From an uncultured Chloroflexia bacterium (GTDB lineage Bacteria; Chloroflexota; Anaerolineae; Anaerolineales; UBA4823): 64,000 nucleotides of DNA. The notes under the pieces are model-generated. The model searched no databases. It was not told where the DNA came from and was given only the letters and a program-made list of their open reading frames with translations. Positions 35,223-45,221 of this stretch are shown in pieces (the first letter of the stretch is position 1; every line of letters starts with the position of its first letter). A program made the translations under genes and the position numbers. The stretch lies in assembly GCA_963809805.1 (NCBI GenBank), contig CAWELB010000007.1, positions 458,837-522,836 of the forward strand, written 5' to 3'.

Positions 35223-36260
35223 ATGAATAAACAAATCCGAATTTGCATGATCGGTGGTGGCAGAGTGGGGAAAAATCACTCGCGCGCCATCACCCGTTAT
35301 GTTCCTGGCGCGAAAATAGTCGCGCTGGTTGAAACGATGGAACAAGTGCGCCAGGACACCTCCAATGAATTTGGGATCGAGAACCAATTCGATTCGCTTG
35401 AGGCTGCACTTGGCAAGGTTGATTTTGATGCCGTGGTGATCACTACTCCCACCCCCACGCACCTGCCGATTACCAGACTGGCAGCTGAAAACAAGAAGCA
35501 CGTTTTCCTGGAAAAACCGATGGCTCTTACTCTGGCGGAATGTGATGCAATCCTCGGAGTGGTTGAGCAGAATGCGGTATTTTTACAATTGGGCTTCATG
35601 CGTCGTTTTGACCCGGAGTTTATGGCGGCATCTCAACGCATCCAGGCGGGCGAGATTGGCCAGCCCATGATGATCAAAACCAATACGCATGGGCCGGGTC
35701 TGCCGCCCCCCTGGGCGCGTGACTTGCGCACCTCCAATGGCATGCTGGCGGAAGTGAACAGCCATGATTGGGATACCCTGCGCTGGTTTATGGGCTCTAA
35801 CCTCGATCGCGTCTATACCGAAGTGGCAAACTTTAAAGGTTCAGCCAACAACGTTGATACTCCCAATTTCTACGATAATGTGCTGGTCAACGTCAAATTT
35901 GAGAATGGTGGCTTGGGGATGATTTCGGGCATTTGCCCCTGCGGATATGGGTATGATGCACGCGTCGAAATTGTGGGTGAAAAGGGGATCATGCAGATCG
36001 GCGAGCTTAAAGGTCAATCGATCCTCGTCTGTACCGACCGTGACCACGGTTTGGTCACGCCCATATTTAGGACCTGGCCAGAGCGCTTCAAGTGGGCATA
36101 TATCAATGAATTGGAACACTTTGTGGACTGCATCCTGACTGGAACTCCTCCGCGGGCAGGCGGTATTGACGGCCGTTGGGCGGTGGCGGGTGTCTTAGCC
36201 GGGACGAAATCCTTTTTGGAAGAGCGTCCGGTTTATCTGAAAGAAATTTTGGATGCTTGA
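35223..36260 (+). CDS. Gfo/Idh/MocA-family oxidoreductase (inositol-dehydrogenase-like)
   Basis: Start moved to the ATG at 35223 with a GAGGA SD. IRICMIGGGRVGKNH and FLEKPMA (EKP motif). Confidence 0.85.
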   Translation: MNKQIRICMIGGGRVGKNHSRAITRYVPGAKIVALVETMEQVRQDTSNEFGIENQFDSLEAALGKVDFDAVVITTPTPTHLPITRLAAENKKHVFLEKPMALTLAECDAILGVVEQNAVFLQLGFMRRFDPEFMAASQRIQAGEIGQPMMIKTNTHGPGLPPPWARDLRTSNGMLAEVNSHDWDTLRWFMGSNLDRVYTEVANFKGSANNVDTPNFYDNVLVNVKFENGGLGMISGICPCGYGYDARVEIVGEKGIMQIGELKGQSILVCTDRDHGLVTPIFRTWPERFKWAYINELEHFVDCILTGTPPRAGGIDGRWAVAGVLAGTKSFLEERPVYLKEILDA

Positions 36261-36282
36261 GGTTAACCGAGAGCGAGGCGAA

Positions 36283-37326
36283 ATGCTTGCAGCCGTATAT
36301 CATGGTCCGAATGATTTGCGCGTAGAAAACGTACCAGTACCAGAAATTGGTAGAGGTGAAATCCTGGTTAAGGTGCTTAGCGCCAGTATCTGTGGGACCG
36401 ATTTACGCATCTATCACGGCAATCACCGCATGTACCCACCCGGGACGGTACGTATCCCTGGTCACGAAGTGGTAGGGACGATCGCAGATATCGGCCCACA
36501 GGTCAGCGGCTATACCCTCGGGCAGCGCGTATTTTGCGCCCCAAACACCGGTTGCGGTCACTGCGAGCAATGCGTGACGGGTAATAACAACCTGTGTGCC
36601 AATTATGACGCCATCGGGGTGACTTCCGATGGAGGTTTCGCCGAATATGTCCGTATTCCAGCCAACTCCGTCCAACAAGGAAATGTGATCCCGGTGAGCG
36701 AAAGCGTTGACCCAGCCGTCGCCGCCCTGGTGGAACCGTTCGCCTGCGTGCTCAGGGGACAAAATGCGCTGCACATAAAACCCGGTGAAATCGTGCTCAT
36801 CATAGGCGCCGGACCGATTGGGGTGATGCACATCAAGCTTGCCAGAGCGCAGGGAGCCGGGCGCATCATCGTCAGCGAGCCAATGCCCACCCGCGCTGCC
36901 CAGGCAAAACGGATGGGTGCCCAGCGCGTGATTGATCCTGGTGTTGAGGATATAAAGGCAATTTTGAGTGCAGAAACCCTCGGCCATGGAGCAGATGTGA
37001 TCATTATTGCCGCGCCGGTCCATGCAGCCCAGGAAAGTGCCATCGAGCTTGCTGCCATCGGGGGAAGGATCAACTTTTTTGGCGGGCTTCCGAAGGATCG
37101 ACCCAATATCAATTTTAATTCCAACCTGGTGCATTACAAGGAGCTGGTGGTCACGGGTACAACCGCATGCAGCACTGCGGATTGCTGGCAGGCGACCCGG
37201 ATTGTTGATTCTGGCCTGGTAGATCTATCGGATATTGTCAGCCAGCGATTGCCGCTAAAAGACGCACTGCAGGCTTTCGCAGCCGCCGAAGACGGGAATT
37301 CTTTAAAAATCGTTCTGGAACCCTGA
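36283..37326 (+). CDS. zinc-dependent alcohol/polyol dehydrogenase (MDR family) 1
   Basis: CGTDLRIY, GHEVVGTI, structural-Zn CGHCEQCVTGNNNLC, and GAGPIG. The track start at 36253 overlaps the upstream gene, so the ATG at 36283 (MLAAVYHGP) is preferred. Confidence 0.85.
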   Translation: MLAAVYHGPNDLRVENVPVPEIGRGEILVKVLSASICGTDLRIYHGNHRMYPPGTVRIPGHEVVGTIADIGPQVSGYTLGQRVFCAPNTGCGHCEQCVTGNNNLCANYDAIGVTSDGGFAEYVRIPANSVQQGNVIPVSESVDPAVAALVEPFACVLRGQNALHIKPGEIVLIIGAGPIGVMHIKLARAQGAGRIIVSEPMPTRAAQAKRMGAQRVIDPGVEDIKAILSAETLGHGADVIIIAAPVHAAQESAIELAAIGGRINFFGGLPKDRPNINFNSNLVHYKELVVTGTTACSTADCWQATRIVDSGLVDLSDIVSQRLPLKDALQAFAAAEDGNSLKIVLEP

Positions 37327-37331
37327 TCTAT

Positions 37332-38294
37332 ATGACCTCTTCCTCAGCTTCCATGATGCCGCGACCCGTAATGACTGTTCAAGGACCCCTGCCTTATGAT
37401 CAATTGGGTGTTACTGACGCGCATAATCATGCTTGGATCGATGCCATCCCAGGTGCAAGTGAAGGCAGTCCGGTTCTGAATCATTATGATCTTATCCTGA
37501 GGGAGCTGGTCGAGTACCGTGAGAATGGTGGAGCATCCCTGCTGGATTGTCAACCTGGCGGGTGTGGTCGAGATGGTAACAGGCTATTGCAGCTCTCTTC
37601 GGCTTCCAGAGTCAATTTAATCGCCTGTACCGGCTTCCACCGGAAAAAATACTACCCTACCGATTATTGGCTGTGGGATGCGAGCGCTCAAAAAGTGAGT
37701 GATACCCTGATCACCGAGCTCCAGCGAGGGTTGGATGAGACCTTGGATACTCCCAATCCTATCAAGGCCGGGTTTATCAAGATCGCCTTCGAAGCTGCCT
37801 GGGAAGATTGTCCGTTGGCTGCCCTGGAAGGCGCGGCTTCAGCTGCTTACGATTCCAAAGCATTAATCGAAATTCATACCGAAAAAGGTTCCCTGGCAGA
37901 AAAAGCCTGTGTTTATTTTATGAATAAGAATGTGTCGCCCCAACAGCTGGTGTTGTGCCACATGGATAAGAGGCCAGACCTCAGCCTGCATAAAGCGCTT
38001 GCCAATCTTGGAGTATTGCTCGAGTATGACACCTTTTATCGCCCGAAGTACAAGCCCGAAACCAACTTGTGGCCGTTGATGGATCAAATGGTCAGCGCAG
38101 GTTTATCCAACCGGGTTGCCCTCGCCACTGATATGGCTGAGCCTGCTCTCTACCATAATATTGGCGGCGGACCGGGCTTATCCAGCCTGCCTGGTGAGAT
38201 CCAGCGAAAGCTAATCGAAAAAGGATACCCGGAAGCTGCCCGAAAGCAGATGCTGGGAGAGAATATTGCCCGCCGGCTTGCCGGGATAGATTGA
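37332..38294 (+). CDS. phosphotriesterase-related (PTE/amidohydrolase-fold) protein, possible lactonase
   Basis: GVTDAHNHAWID (HxH) near the N-terminus, and the ~320-aa length typical of PTE-like proteins. Confidence 0.6.
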   Translation: MTSSSASMMPRPVMTVQGPLPYDQLGVTDAHNHAWIDAIPGASEGSPVLNHYDLILRELVEYRENGGASLLDCQPGGCGRDGNRLLQLSSASRVNLIACTGFHRKKYYPTDYWLWDASAQKVSDTLITELQRGLDETLDTPNPIKAGFIKIAFEAAWEDCPLAALEGAASAAYDSKALIEIHTEKGSLAEKACVYFMNKNVSPQQLVLCHMDKRPDLSLHKALANLGVLLEYDTFYRPKYKPETNLWPLMDQMVSAGLSNRVALATDMAEPALYHNIGGGPGLSSLPGEIQRKLIEKGYPEAARKQMLGENIARRLAGID

Positions 38295-38313
38295 TGCGAA
38301 TCAGGAGAAATAA

Positions 38314-38886
38314 ATGGTTGACTTACCTTTTGCGTTCACACTTCCTATGCCACAGGTGATTCCTTCCAGGGTGGATAATCACATTGAGCGCCACCTCTCC
38401 GCACTGAAAGGCCAATTTTTAGATCAAGATACTTATCACAAAATGCTTGCGGACGGCGACAGGTTGATCTATGAAGTGTATGAAATCAAGCGGCCAGAGG
38501 TCGAAGGTGAGTTATTGATGGGCATCTCGATTGTCCATCCAGGCAAGGTAGGCAATGAATTCTTCATGACCAAGGGGCATTTTCACTCTATCCTCGATAC
38601 CGCGGAAGTCTATTATTGCTTGCGCGGTGAAGGTTACATGGTGATGGAAACTCCCGAAGGTGATACTTCCGTTGAAGCGCTCTCCCCTGGGAAAGTCTTA
38701 TATGTCCCGCCACGCTGGGCTCACAGGTCCGTTTGCACCTCGCGCCAGGAAGACCTGGTGACATTCTTCGCTTATCCGGGCAACGCCGGTCATGACTATG
38801 GCACGATCGAACGCCAGGGTTTTCGGAAGCTGGTGGTCGAAGGTGCAAATGGTCCTGAAATCATTGATAACCCGCGCTGCTTATGA
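38314..38886 (+). CDS. cupin-type glucose-6-phosphate-isomerase-like protein
   Basis: 190 aa. The TKGHFHSILDTAEVYYCLRGEGYMVM motif matches the TxGHxH...E cupin metal site of archaeal-type cPGI. Confidence 0.6.
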   Translation: MVDLPFAFTLPMPQVIPSRVDNHIERHLSALKGQFLDQDTYHKMLADGDRLIYEVYEIKRPEVEGELLMGISIVHPGKVGNEFFMTKGHFHSILDTAEVYYCLRGEGYMVMETPEGDTSVEALSPGKVLYVPPRWAHRSVCTSRQEDLVTFFAYPGNAGHDYGTIERQGFRKLVVEGANGPEIIDNPRCL

Positions 38887-38919
38887 CCAGGAGGTTGAAT
38901 AAATCTTAAAGAATGCCGC

Positions 38920-39864
38920 TTGTTGGTCACACCCACCTCCTATGGCAAAAACGATTCCCGCCTCAAAACGGAATTGGAGGCGCAGGTAGGGGAAGTAATC
39001 TACAACCCAACCGGCAAGCCGCTCACGTCTGCTGAAGTTGCGCGCTTATTACCAGGCATGGATGGCTATATTGCCGGGTTGGATGGCATCGATGCTGCCG
39101 CATTAAGCGCGGCTGACCGCCTTAAAGTGATCTCACGCTATGGAGTTGGGATCGATAATGTGGACCTGGTTACGGCGCGCGCAATGGGGATCGTGGTGAC
39201 CAATACTCCCGGAGCGAATTCCGTCTCGGTTGCTGAGCTTGCCCTGGGATTGATCCTGGCACTGGCGCGCCAGATCCCCGAAGCGGTCGAGGCAGTTCAC
39301 CAGGGCAAGTGGCCTCGCTATGCCGGGATCAGTCTTGAAGGCAAAACCATTGGGATCCTCGGGCTGGGCGCAATCGGCAAACAGCTCGCCCGCCGTCTCT
39401 CTGGTTTCGATTGCAAGCTCCTGGCGTTCGACCCGTTTGCGGATGCAGGTTTTGCGGATGCCAATCAGGTCGAGCTTGCTAGTATGGATGAGGTGGTCCA
39501 ACGCTCCGATTTTATCAGCCTGCACCTGCCTCTATTACCGGAGACGCGCAACCTGGTGAACGTGAGCTTCTTGAACAGGATGAAGAAAGGCTCTTTCCTG
39601 GTGAATACCTCCCGTGGAGAAGTGGTGGATGAATCTGCGCTGTTAAATGCACTCCAGACTGGTCAGCTCAAAGGAGCAGGGCTGGATGCGTTCGCCAGCG
39701 AGCCTCCTGATCCAAAGAACCCACTTTTGGCGTTACCGCAGGTGATTGCCACCCCTCATCTGGGAGCGCAAACCGATGGCGCCACCAGTAACATGGGTTG
39801 GTTCGCCATGCGTGATTGCCTGGCAGTGTTAAATAACGAAGAACCAATTTATCGGGTTGTTTAG
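38920..39864 (+). CDS. D-isomer-specific 2-hydroxyacid dehydrogenase (phosphoglycerate/glyoxylate reductase-like)
   Basis: GILGLGAIGKQLARRL NAD motif, RGEVVDE and TPHLGAQT. TTG start. Confidence 0.85.
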   Translation: MLVTPTSYGKNDSRLKTELEAQVGEVIYNPTGKPLTSAEVARLLPGMDGYIAGLDGIDAAALSAADRLKVISRYGVGIDNVDLVTARAMGIVVTNTPGANSVSVAELALGLILALARQIPEAVEAVHQGKWPRYAGISLEGKTIGILGLGAIGKQLARRLSGFDCKLLAFDPFADAGFADANQVELASMDEVVQRSDFISLHLPLLPETRNLVNVSFLNRMKKGSFLVNTSRGEVVDESALLNALQTGQLKGAGLDAFASEPPDPKNPLLALPQVIATPHLGAQTDGATSNMGWFAMRDCLAVLNNEEPIYRVV

Positions 39865-39896
39865 TTATTATTCTAGATATCTTTAGCGGAGGATTT

Positions 39897-40541
39897 ATGC
39901 AGAAAACAGAAGTGTTAGAAAAAGTAAAGCAGCTTGGTCTGCTGGCGGTGATCCGCGGTCCATCTCCCGAATTAACCGTCAAAATGGTTGGCGCCTTGGT
40001 CGAAGGTGGAGTCTTGGGCATTGAAATCACTTACAGCACACCCAATGCAGAGGAAGTGGTCCGAACCCTCGCCAAATTATTTGCGGATAAAATCCTGCTT
40101 GGTATGGGAACCCTGACCAAACCCGAGCAAGCACAGGCTGCCAAAGCTGCCGGTGCAAGCTTCGTGGTCAGCCCGGTTTGTGAGCCCAATTTGGTGAAAA
40201 GCATGGCCGCGAGTGGATTGTTGAACATGGCGGGAGCATTAACCCCCACCGAAGTCTTGCAAGCATACAACCTGGGAGCAGACGTCGTAAAAATCTTCCC
40301 CGGCTCCCTGGGTGGACCCGCTTATATCAAAGCCCTCAAAGGACCCTTCCCGTACATCCCCATGATGCCTACGGGTGGTGTAAGCGCCGGGAATGTGGCC
40401 GATTGGTTTTCCGCCGGGGTTGTAGCCGTGGGTGCTGGAAGTGAGCTCTGCCCACCCCAGCTGGCTAAAGAAGGAAAATTTGATGAAATCTCAAAACGCG
40501 CCGCTGAGTTCGTGCAGATCGTAAAATCCGCCAGAGCATAG
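39897..40541 (+). CDS. eda: 2-dehydro-3-deoxyphosphogluconate / 4-hydroxy-2-oxoglutarate aldolase
   Basis: 214 aa. LLAVIRG, GIEITYSTPNA and VVKIFPG (Schiff-base Lys context) are typical of the KDPG aldolase family. Confidence 0.8.
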   Translation: MQKTEVLEKVKQLGLLAVIRGPSPELTVKMVGALVEGGVLGIEITYSTPNAEEVVRTLAKLFADKILLGMGTLTKPEQAQAAKAAGASFVVSPVCEPNLVKSMAASGLLNMAGALTPTEVLQAYNLGADVVKIFPGSLGGPAYIKALKGPFPYIPMMPTGGVSAGNVADWFSAGVVAVGAGSELCPPQLAKEGKFDEISKRAAEFVQIVKSARA

Positions 40542-40571
40542 CGGCATGACACCAGGAAAACGATCATAATT

Positions 40572-41525
40572 ATGGAAAATTATCCGGTGATTACAAAATC
40601 GGTGCCCACGTTTTATTTCATTGGTGTGACCACCACTAAGTCTTCAATCATGAAAGTGTTCCCTTTGTGGATGAAGATCCTGGGTCGGGAAGAGGTGGTC
40701 ATGGAGGGTGTCGATTGCAAAATCCATGACGACCCTGAGGCCTACCGTAGAGCGGTTGCGCAGATCAAATATGACCCGCTTTCATTGGGCTCACTCGTGA
40801 CCACACATAAGATTGACCTGCTCAATGCCGCCCGTGACATGTTTGAGTATCTCGATCCATACGCCGTGATCACCGGTGAGGTTTCAAGCATATCCAAACT
40901 GGATGGTCGTTTGGAGGGGCACGCCAAGGACCCCATCACATCAGGTTCCAGCCTGGACGCGATCATCGGGTCAGGTTATTTTGGCAGGACCCATGCTGAG
41001 GTGCTGTGTTTTGGAGCAGGAGGCTCGGGTGTTGCCACCCTGTTGCACCTGATCAATAAAAAAGATAAAGGCGACCAGCCGCATAAATTCACATTCGTAA
41101 ACCGTTCTCAAGGTCGGTTGGACCACGCCAGGGAAATGGTTGGCGGATTAAAAACCGATATCGAGATCGAATATATTTGCAACTCAGATCCAACGGTCAA
41201 CGATAAAATTATGGAGAAATTTCCGCCTCACAGCATCATCATCAACGCCACCGGGATGGGCAAAGACACCCCTGGTTCACCCATCACCTGGCAGGGAAAA
41301 TTTCCGGAACACAGCATCGCCTGGGAATTCAACTACCGCGGAGAATTGGATTTCATGCACCAGTCCCTGGCACAGGTGGAAAGCCGTCACGTCAAGGTCG
41401 AAGATGGATGGTTGTATTTTGTGCATGGCTGGACGCAGGTGGTGGCGCAAGTCTTGCATTTTGACCTCACCCCCGCCTTGTTTGACCAGCTGAATCAAGC
41501 CGCTTCATCCGTCAGAGGAAAATAG
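40572..41525 (+). CDS. shikimate/quinate dehydrogenase-like NAD(P) oxidoreductase
   Basis: IGVTTTKSSIMKVFPLWMKILG and LVTTHKIDL resemble the AroE substrate-domain motifs. VLCFGAGGSGVA is a Rossmann motif. Confidence 0.55.
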   Translation: MENYPVITKSVPTFYFIGVTTTKSSIMKVFPLWMKILGREEVVMEGVDCKIHDDPEAYRRAVAQIKYDPLSLGSLVTTHKIDLLNAARDMFEYLDPYAVITGEVSSISKLDGRLEGHAKDPITSGSSLDAIIGSGYFGRTHAEVLCFGAGGSGVATLLHLINKKDKGDQPHKFTFVNRSQGRLDHAREMVGGLKTDIEIEYICNSDPTVNDKIMEKFPPHSIIINATGMGKDTPGSPITWQGKFPEHSIAWEFNYRGELDFMHQSLAQVESRHVKVEDGWLYFVHGWTQVVAQVLHFDLTPALFDQLNQAASSVRGK

Positions 41526-41846
41526 AGTTTTTTAGGATGCAATCATCCATGGCAATTGGAAATACTGACCTTCCGGCAAAACATCGGACAATCATAAAAA
41601 GATCATGTCATTGCGGAATCCCACCTAGTTTTGGTGGGAACAAGCAAGTGCTCTTCTTGCGACGAACCTGTCCCCGCTGGTATTCGGGGAGCAATCTCCG
41701 ACGAGACGCTTTTTTAATTGGCATACCTTCTAATATAACCACTAATATGTATTTGTCCGAACTCGTGTCCGAAACTAAGGTAGTATTGATGAACGAATCC
41801 ATTCACGGCTCGCGAAATTGTCCACTCAGCGTGAAAGGTTGAGAGA

Positions 41847-42548
41847 ATGCTCCTGACGGCTAAAGACATTGCCAGGATGATCGATCTGTCGTGTGTGCGC
41901 ACGGTATCCAGTAAGGCCGATATCGATGAAATGGTGACGGCCGCCCATAAATATGGTTTCGGTCATGTTTCGGTCCTGCAGTGCTTCATTCCATACACGA
42001 AGCAGCTTTTACAACGGGTTCCAGACGTCTGCCTGGTGGGGAATGTGAGTTTCCCTTCCGGTTCCGATTCCACTTCACTAAAAGTAGCTCAGGCGAAGGA
42101 GATGCTGGCTGCAGGTTGTGATGAGATCGATATGGTCATGAATATAGGCAAGCTGCGTTCAGGTGAGGTAACTGAAGTAGAGAATGATGTGCGGGCGGTT
42201 ATCGAGACCGTACGTCCGACCCCGGTGAAGGTGATCATCGAGATCATGGTTTTAACCACCGAGGAGACCGTTCAAGCTTGCGGTATCTGCCTGCGCACAG
42301 GCGCTGCATTTATAAAAACTGGTACCGGTTGGGCAGACCGTGGCACCACCGCACAGGATGTACGTTTGATTAAATCTTTGGTAGGCGACCATATCCAGAT
42401 CAAGGCTTCAGGCGGCATCCGCAGCCTGGATATGCTGGTGGAAATGTATGCAGCTGGAGCAACGCGCTTTGGTGTGAACCTTAAAAGCGGCCTCCAAATC
42501 GTGGAGCAGTGCCTGACTCAAGGTTCAGTAGTGGTAGGGTCAGAATAG
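41847..42548 (+). CDS. deoxyribose-phosphate aldolase (DeoC) family class I aldolase
   Basis: 233 aa. IDLSCVRT..., FIKTGTGW and IKASGGIRS (the catalytic Lys region of the DeoC family). Confidence 0.7.
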   Translation: MLLTAKDIARMIDLSCVRTVSSKADIDEMVTAAHKYGFGHVSVLQCFIPYTKQLLQRVPDVCLVGNVSFPSGSDSTSLKVAQAKEMLAAGCDEIDMVMNIGKLRSGEVTEVENDVRAVIETVRPTPVKVIIEIMVLTTEETVQACGICLRTGAAFIKTGTGWADRGTTAQDVRLIKSLVGDHIQIKASGGIRSLDMLVEMYAAGATRFGVNLKSGLQIVEQCLTQGSVVVGSE

Positions 42549-42565
42549 TAAATCATGGATGTCCT

Positions 42566-44104
42566 ATGAGTAAGAAAATCATCTCTTTTGATCTCGGAAC
42601 CGGCGGTAATAAAGCCTATTTATACGACCAGCAAGGTAATTGCCTGGCAAGTGCCTTTGTCGCCTACGGTACGCAGTATCCACAAGTGGGATGGCATGAA
42701 CAGCGCCCGGAAGAATGGTGGAACGCAGTTGTGGAAAGCACTCGCAGCCTGCTTCAATCCAGTGGTGTGGATAAAGATGATATCGCCTGCCTGGGCATCT
42801 CCGGGCACAGCCTGGGTGCTGTGCCGGTTGACAGCAAGGGGAATTTGCTGAGGGATGAGACCCCGATTTGGTCCGATATTCGCGCCCAGGCGGAAGCACA
42901 GGAATTCTTCAAAAAGGTCGACCCGGATGAATGGTATTTAACCACCGGGAACGGTTTCCCGGCCGCCTGCTACACCATTTTCAAGGTGATGTGGTACAGG
43001 CAGCACGAGCCTGAGATGTTCAGTAATATTTATAAAATCCTGGGCACCAAAGATTATATTAATTTTATACTCACCGGGAGGATGCTCACGGATTACTCCT
43101 ATGCATCGGGTAGCGGGGTCTATGACCTCACTGCCTGGAAATATTCGGACGCCTTTATCGCAGCCAGCGGAATTTCAGCAGAGCTTTGGCCTGAAATCGT
43201 GCCATCAACGCACATTCTCGGCTGCCTGAAACCAGAAATCGCCAGCCTGTTGGGGCTGAGCAGTGATGTGCAGGTGGTCTGTGGCGGGGTGGATAACTCG
43301 TGTATGGCACTGGGTGCCAAGAACATCCGCGATGGGCGGGTTTACACCTCATTAGGCTCGTCGGCTTGGATCGCGGTTTCATCCGAAAAGCCGGTCCTCG
43401 ACAGGCAATATAAACCTTATGTCTTTGCTCACGTGATCCCCAATATGTTCACCTCCGCGGTCAGCATCTTTTCCGCCGGCACCTCGTTTGCCTGGGTGAA
43501 GGACAATATTTGCAATGATTTGGTAGCAGAAGCTGATGCTAATGGTAAGGACATCTATTCCTTGATGAACGAGGTCGCTGAGAGGGCTCCGCTGGGCTCG
43601 AATAAATTGCTGTTCAACCCCAGCCTGGCTGGCGGTACCTCCCAGGATGCCAGCGTGAATATTCGTGGCGCATTCATCGGATTAGACCTGAAACACGGCA
43701 AACCTGAGCTCATCCGGTCTGCGATGGAAGGCATCGCCATGAACCTGCGTCTGCGCCTGGACCTTTTACGCAAATATACCCGCCTGGAGGATGATATCCT
43801 GTTTGTGGGTGGAGGGGCCAAAAGCCGTTTCTATCTGGGTATCTTCGCCGATGTTTTCAACACCCGCATCTTAAAAACCAACATTGATCAGGATGCCGCC
43901 GCCCTGGGTGCAGCCGCAATTGCAGCTGTAGGTTGTGGGTTCTGGCCAAATTTCGAGAAAATCGACGCGATCCACAAAATCGTCGAGGTGGTAGAGCCTG
44001 ACGAGGCGAACAACCGTAAATACGAGCAGCTGCTGCCGATATTCAGCCTGGCAGCTGAACACCAGGCTGAGGTAAGCGATGCATTGTATGGAGTTAATTT
44101 ATAG
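42566..44104 (+). CDS. FGGY-family carbohydrate kinase 2
   Basis: Start moved to the ATG at 42566 (MSKKIISFDLGTGGNKAYLY). The C-terminal half has FVGGGAKS. Confidence 0.85.
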   Translation: MSKKIISFDLGTGGNKAYLYDQQGNCLASAFVAYGTQYPQVGWHEQRPEEWWNAVVESTRSLLQSSGVDKDDIACLGISGHSLGAVPVDSKGNLLRDETPIWSDIRAQAEAQEFFKKVDPDEWYLTTGNGFPAACYTIFKVMWYRQHEPEMFSNIYKILGTKDYINFILTGRMLTDYSYASGSGVYDLTAWKYSDAFIAASGISAELWPEIVPSTHILGCLKPEIASLLGLSSDVQVVCGGVDNSCMALGAKNIRDGRVYTSLGSSAWIAVSSEKPVLDRQYKPYVFAHVIPNMFTSAVSIFSAGTSFAWVKDNICNDLVAEADANGKDIYSLMNEVAERAPLGSNKLLFNPSLAGGTSQDASVNIRGAFIGLDLKHGKPELIRSAMEGIAMNLRLRLDLLRKYTRLEDDILFVGGGAKSRFYLGIFADVFNTRILKTNIDQDAAALGAAAIAAVGCGFWPNFEKIDAIHKIVEVVEPDEANNRKYEQLLPIFSLAAEHQAEVSDALYGVNL

Positions 44105-44220
44105 CCATATCCATAACCTTTAATAACGCAAATAGAGCAAAGTAAACTAAGACAAGCCAACGGCATAATTGAATGTCAAAGCCATAGTTCAAAATCTACT
44201 TCTCGAAAGGATAATAAATT

Positions 44221-45192
44221 ATGAAAATCGGATTATTCACGGCCACATTTTTGGATATGCAAATTGAAGAAGTCTTCAAGCTGGCCTCGGGTCTGGGCTA
44301 CGAAGCGGTTGAAATGCCCGCATTTGCCAACAACCCGCACCTGGATATCGAAAAGATAGTCAAAGGTAAGAACGCAGCTGCATTGAAAAAGCTGGTTAAA
44401 TCATATGGGCTGATCATCTCCGCCTTGGCTAACCATCCGGAAGGTCAGATCGTGCTCGGACCATATGGGAAAGACACCGATGCGATTTTCAAGGGTTCCA
44501 AGGAAGAGAAGATCAAGTTTGGCACCGAGCGCATGATCAAAACTGCCCAGGCAGCCAACGCCCTTGAGGTCCCCGTGGTGACCGGGTTCATCGGTTGCGA
44601 GAATTTTGGTCGTTTCTTCCCCTGGCCTTATTCGAAAGGCTGGGCGGATATGGAAGTGGAATTCGTTGAGCGCTGGGGCAAAATCCTGGACAAATTTGGC
44701 GAGTATGGCGTCAAATTCGCCCATGAACCGCATCCCAACGAGCTGGTCTACAATGTGGAAACCGCTCTACGTGCCGTTGAGCTGATGGGAGGTCGCAAGG
44801 AGTTCGGTTTCAACTTCGACCCTGCCAACCTGATCTACCTGGGCATCGATGTGGAGAACTTCGTCGACGCCCTGGCAGGGCGTATCTTTCACGTGCATGC
44901 CAAGGATGGTGAAGTGGTCGTCCACAACGTCCGTCGTTCAGGTGTGATTCCGCAAGGTGACTGGCAGCGACTGGGACGCGGTTTCCGCTTCAGGATCCCC
45001 GGCTGGGGTACCGTGCCCTGGAAGAAAGTAATCACCGAGCTTTCGATGATTGGGTACAATTACGTCATGTCGTATGAGCACGAAGACGTCACCATGAGTC
45101 GTCACGACGGAATCACCAAGACGATTGCCTATTTGAAGCCGCTGATGATTGAGAATCCCTATGAAGGTCGGAACGACGTTTTATTTCAATAA
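44221..45192 (+). CDS. sugar phosphate isomerase/epimerase (XI-like TIM barrel) 6
   Basis: AHEPHPN, HVHAKD and SYEHED motifs; 323 aa. Confidence 0.8.
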   Translation: MKIGLFTATFLDMQIEEVFKLASGLGYEAVEMPAFANNPHLDIEKIVKGKNAAALKKLVKSYGLIISALANHPEGQIVLGPYGKDTDAIFKGSKEEKIKFGTERMIKTAQAANALEVPVVTGFIGCENFGRFFPWPYSKGWADMEVEFVERWGKILDKFGEYGVKFAHEPHPNELVYNVETALRAVELMGGRKEFGFNFDPANLIYLGIDVENFVDALAGRIFHVHAKDGEVVVHNVRRSGVIPQGDWQRLGRGFRFRIPGWGTVPWKKVITELSMIGYNYVMSYEHEDVTMSRHDGITKTIAYLKPLMIENPYEGRNDVLFQ

Positions 45193-45221
45193 TCAAAAAT
45201 AATGACCAAGGAGCAGATGTT

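Noticed and set aside
41537-41842. 101-aa ORF filling the 320-bp gap before the DeoC-type gene
   Set aside because: It has no SD, a Cys/Arg/Ser-rich composition that is not protein-like, and overlaps the hairpins and the T-tract. I treat it as non-coding regulatory sequence instead.
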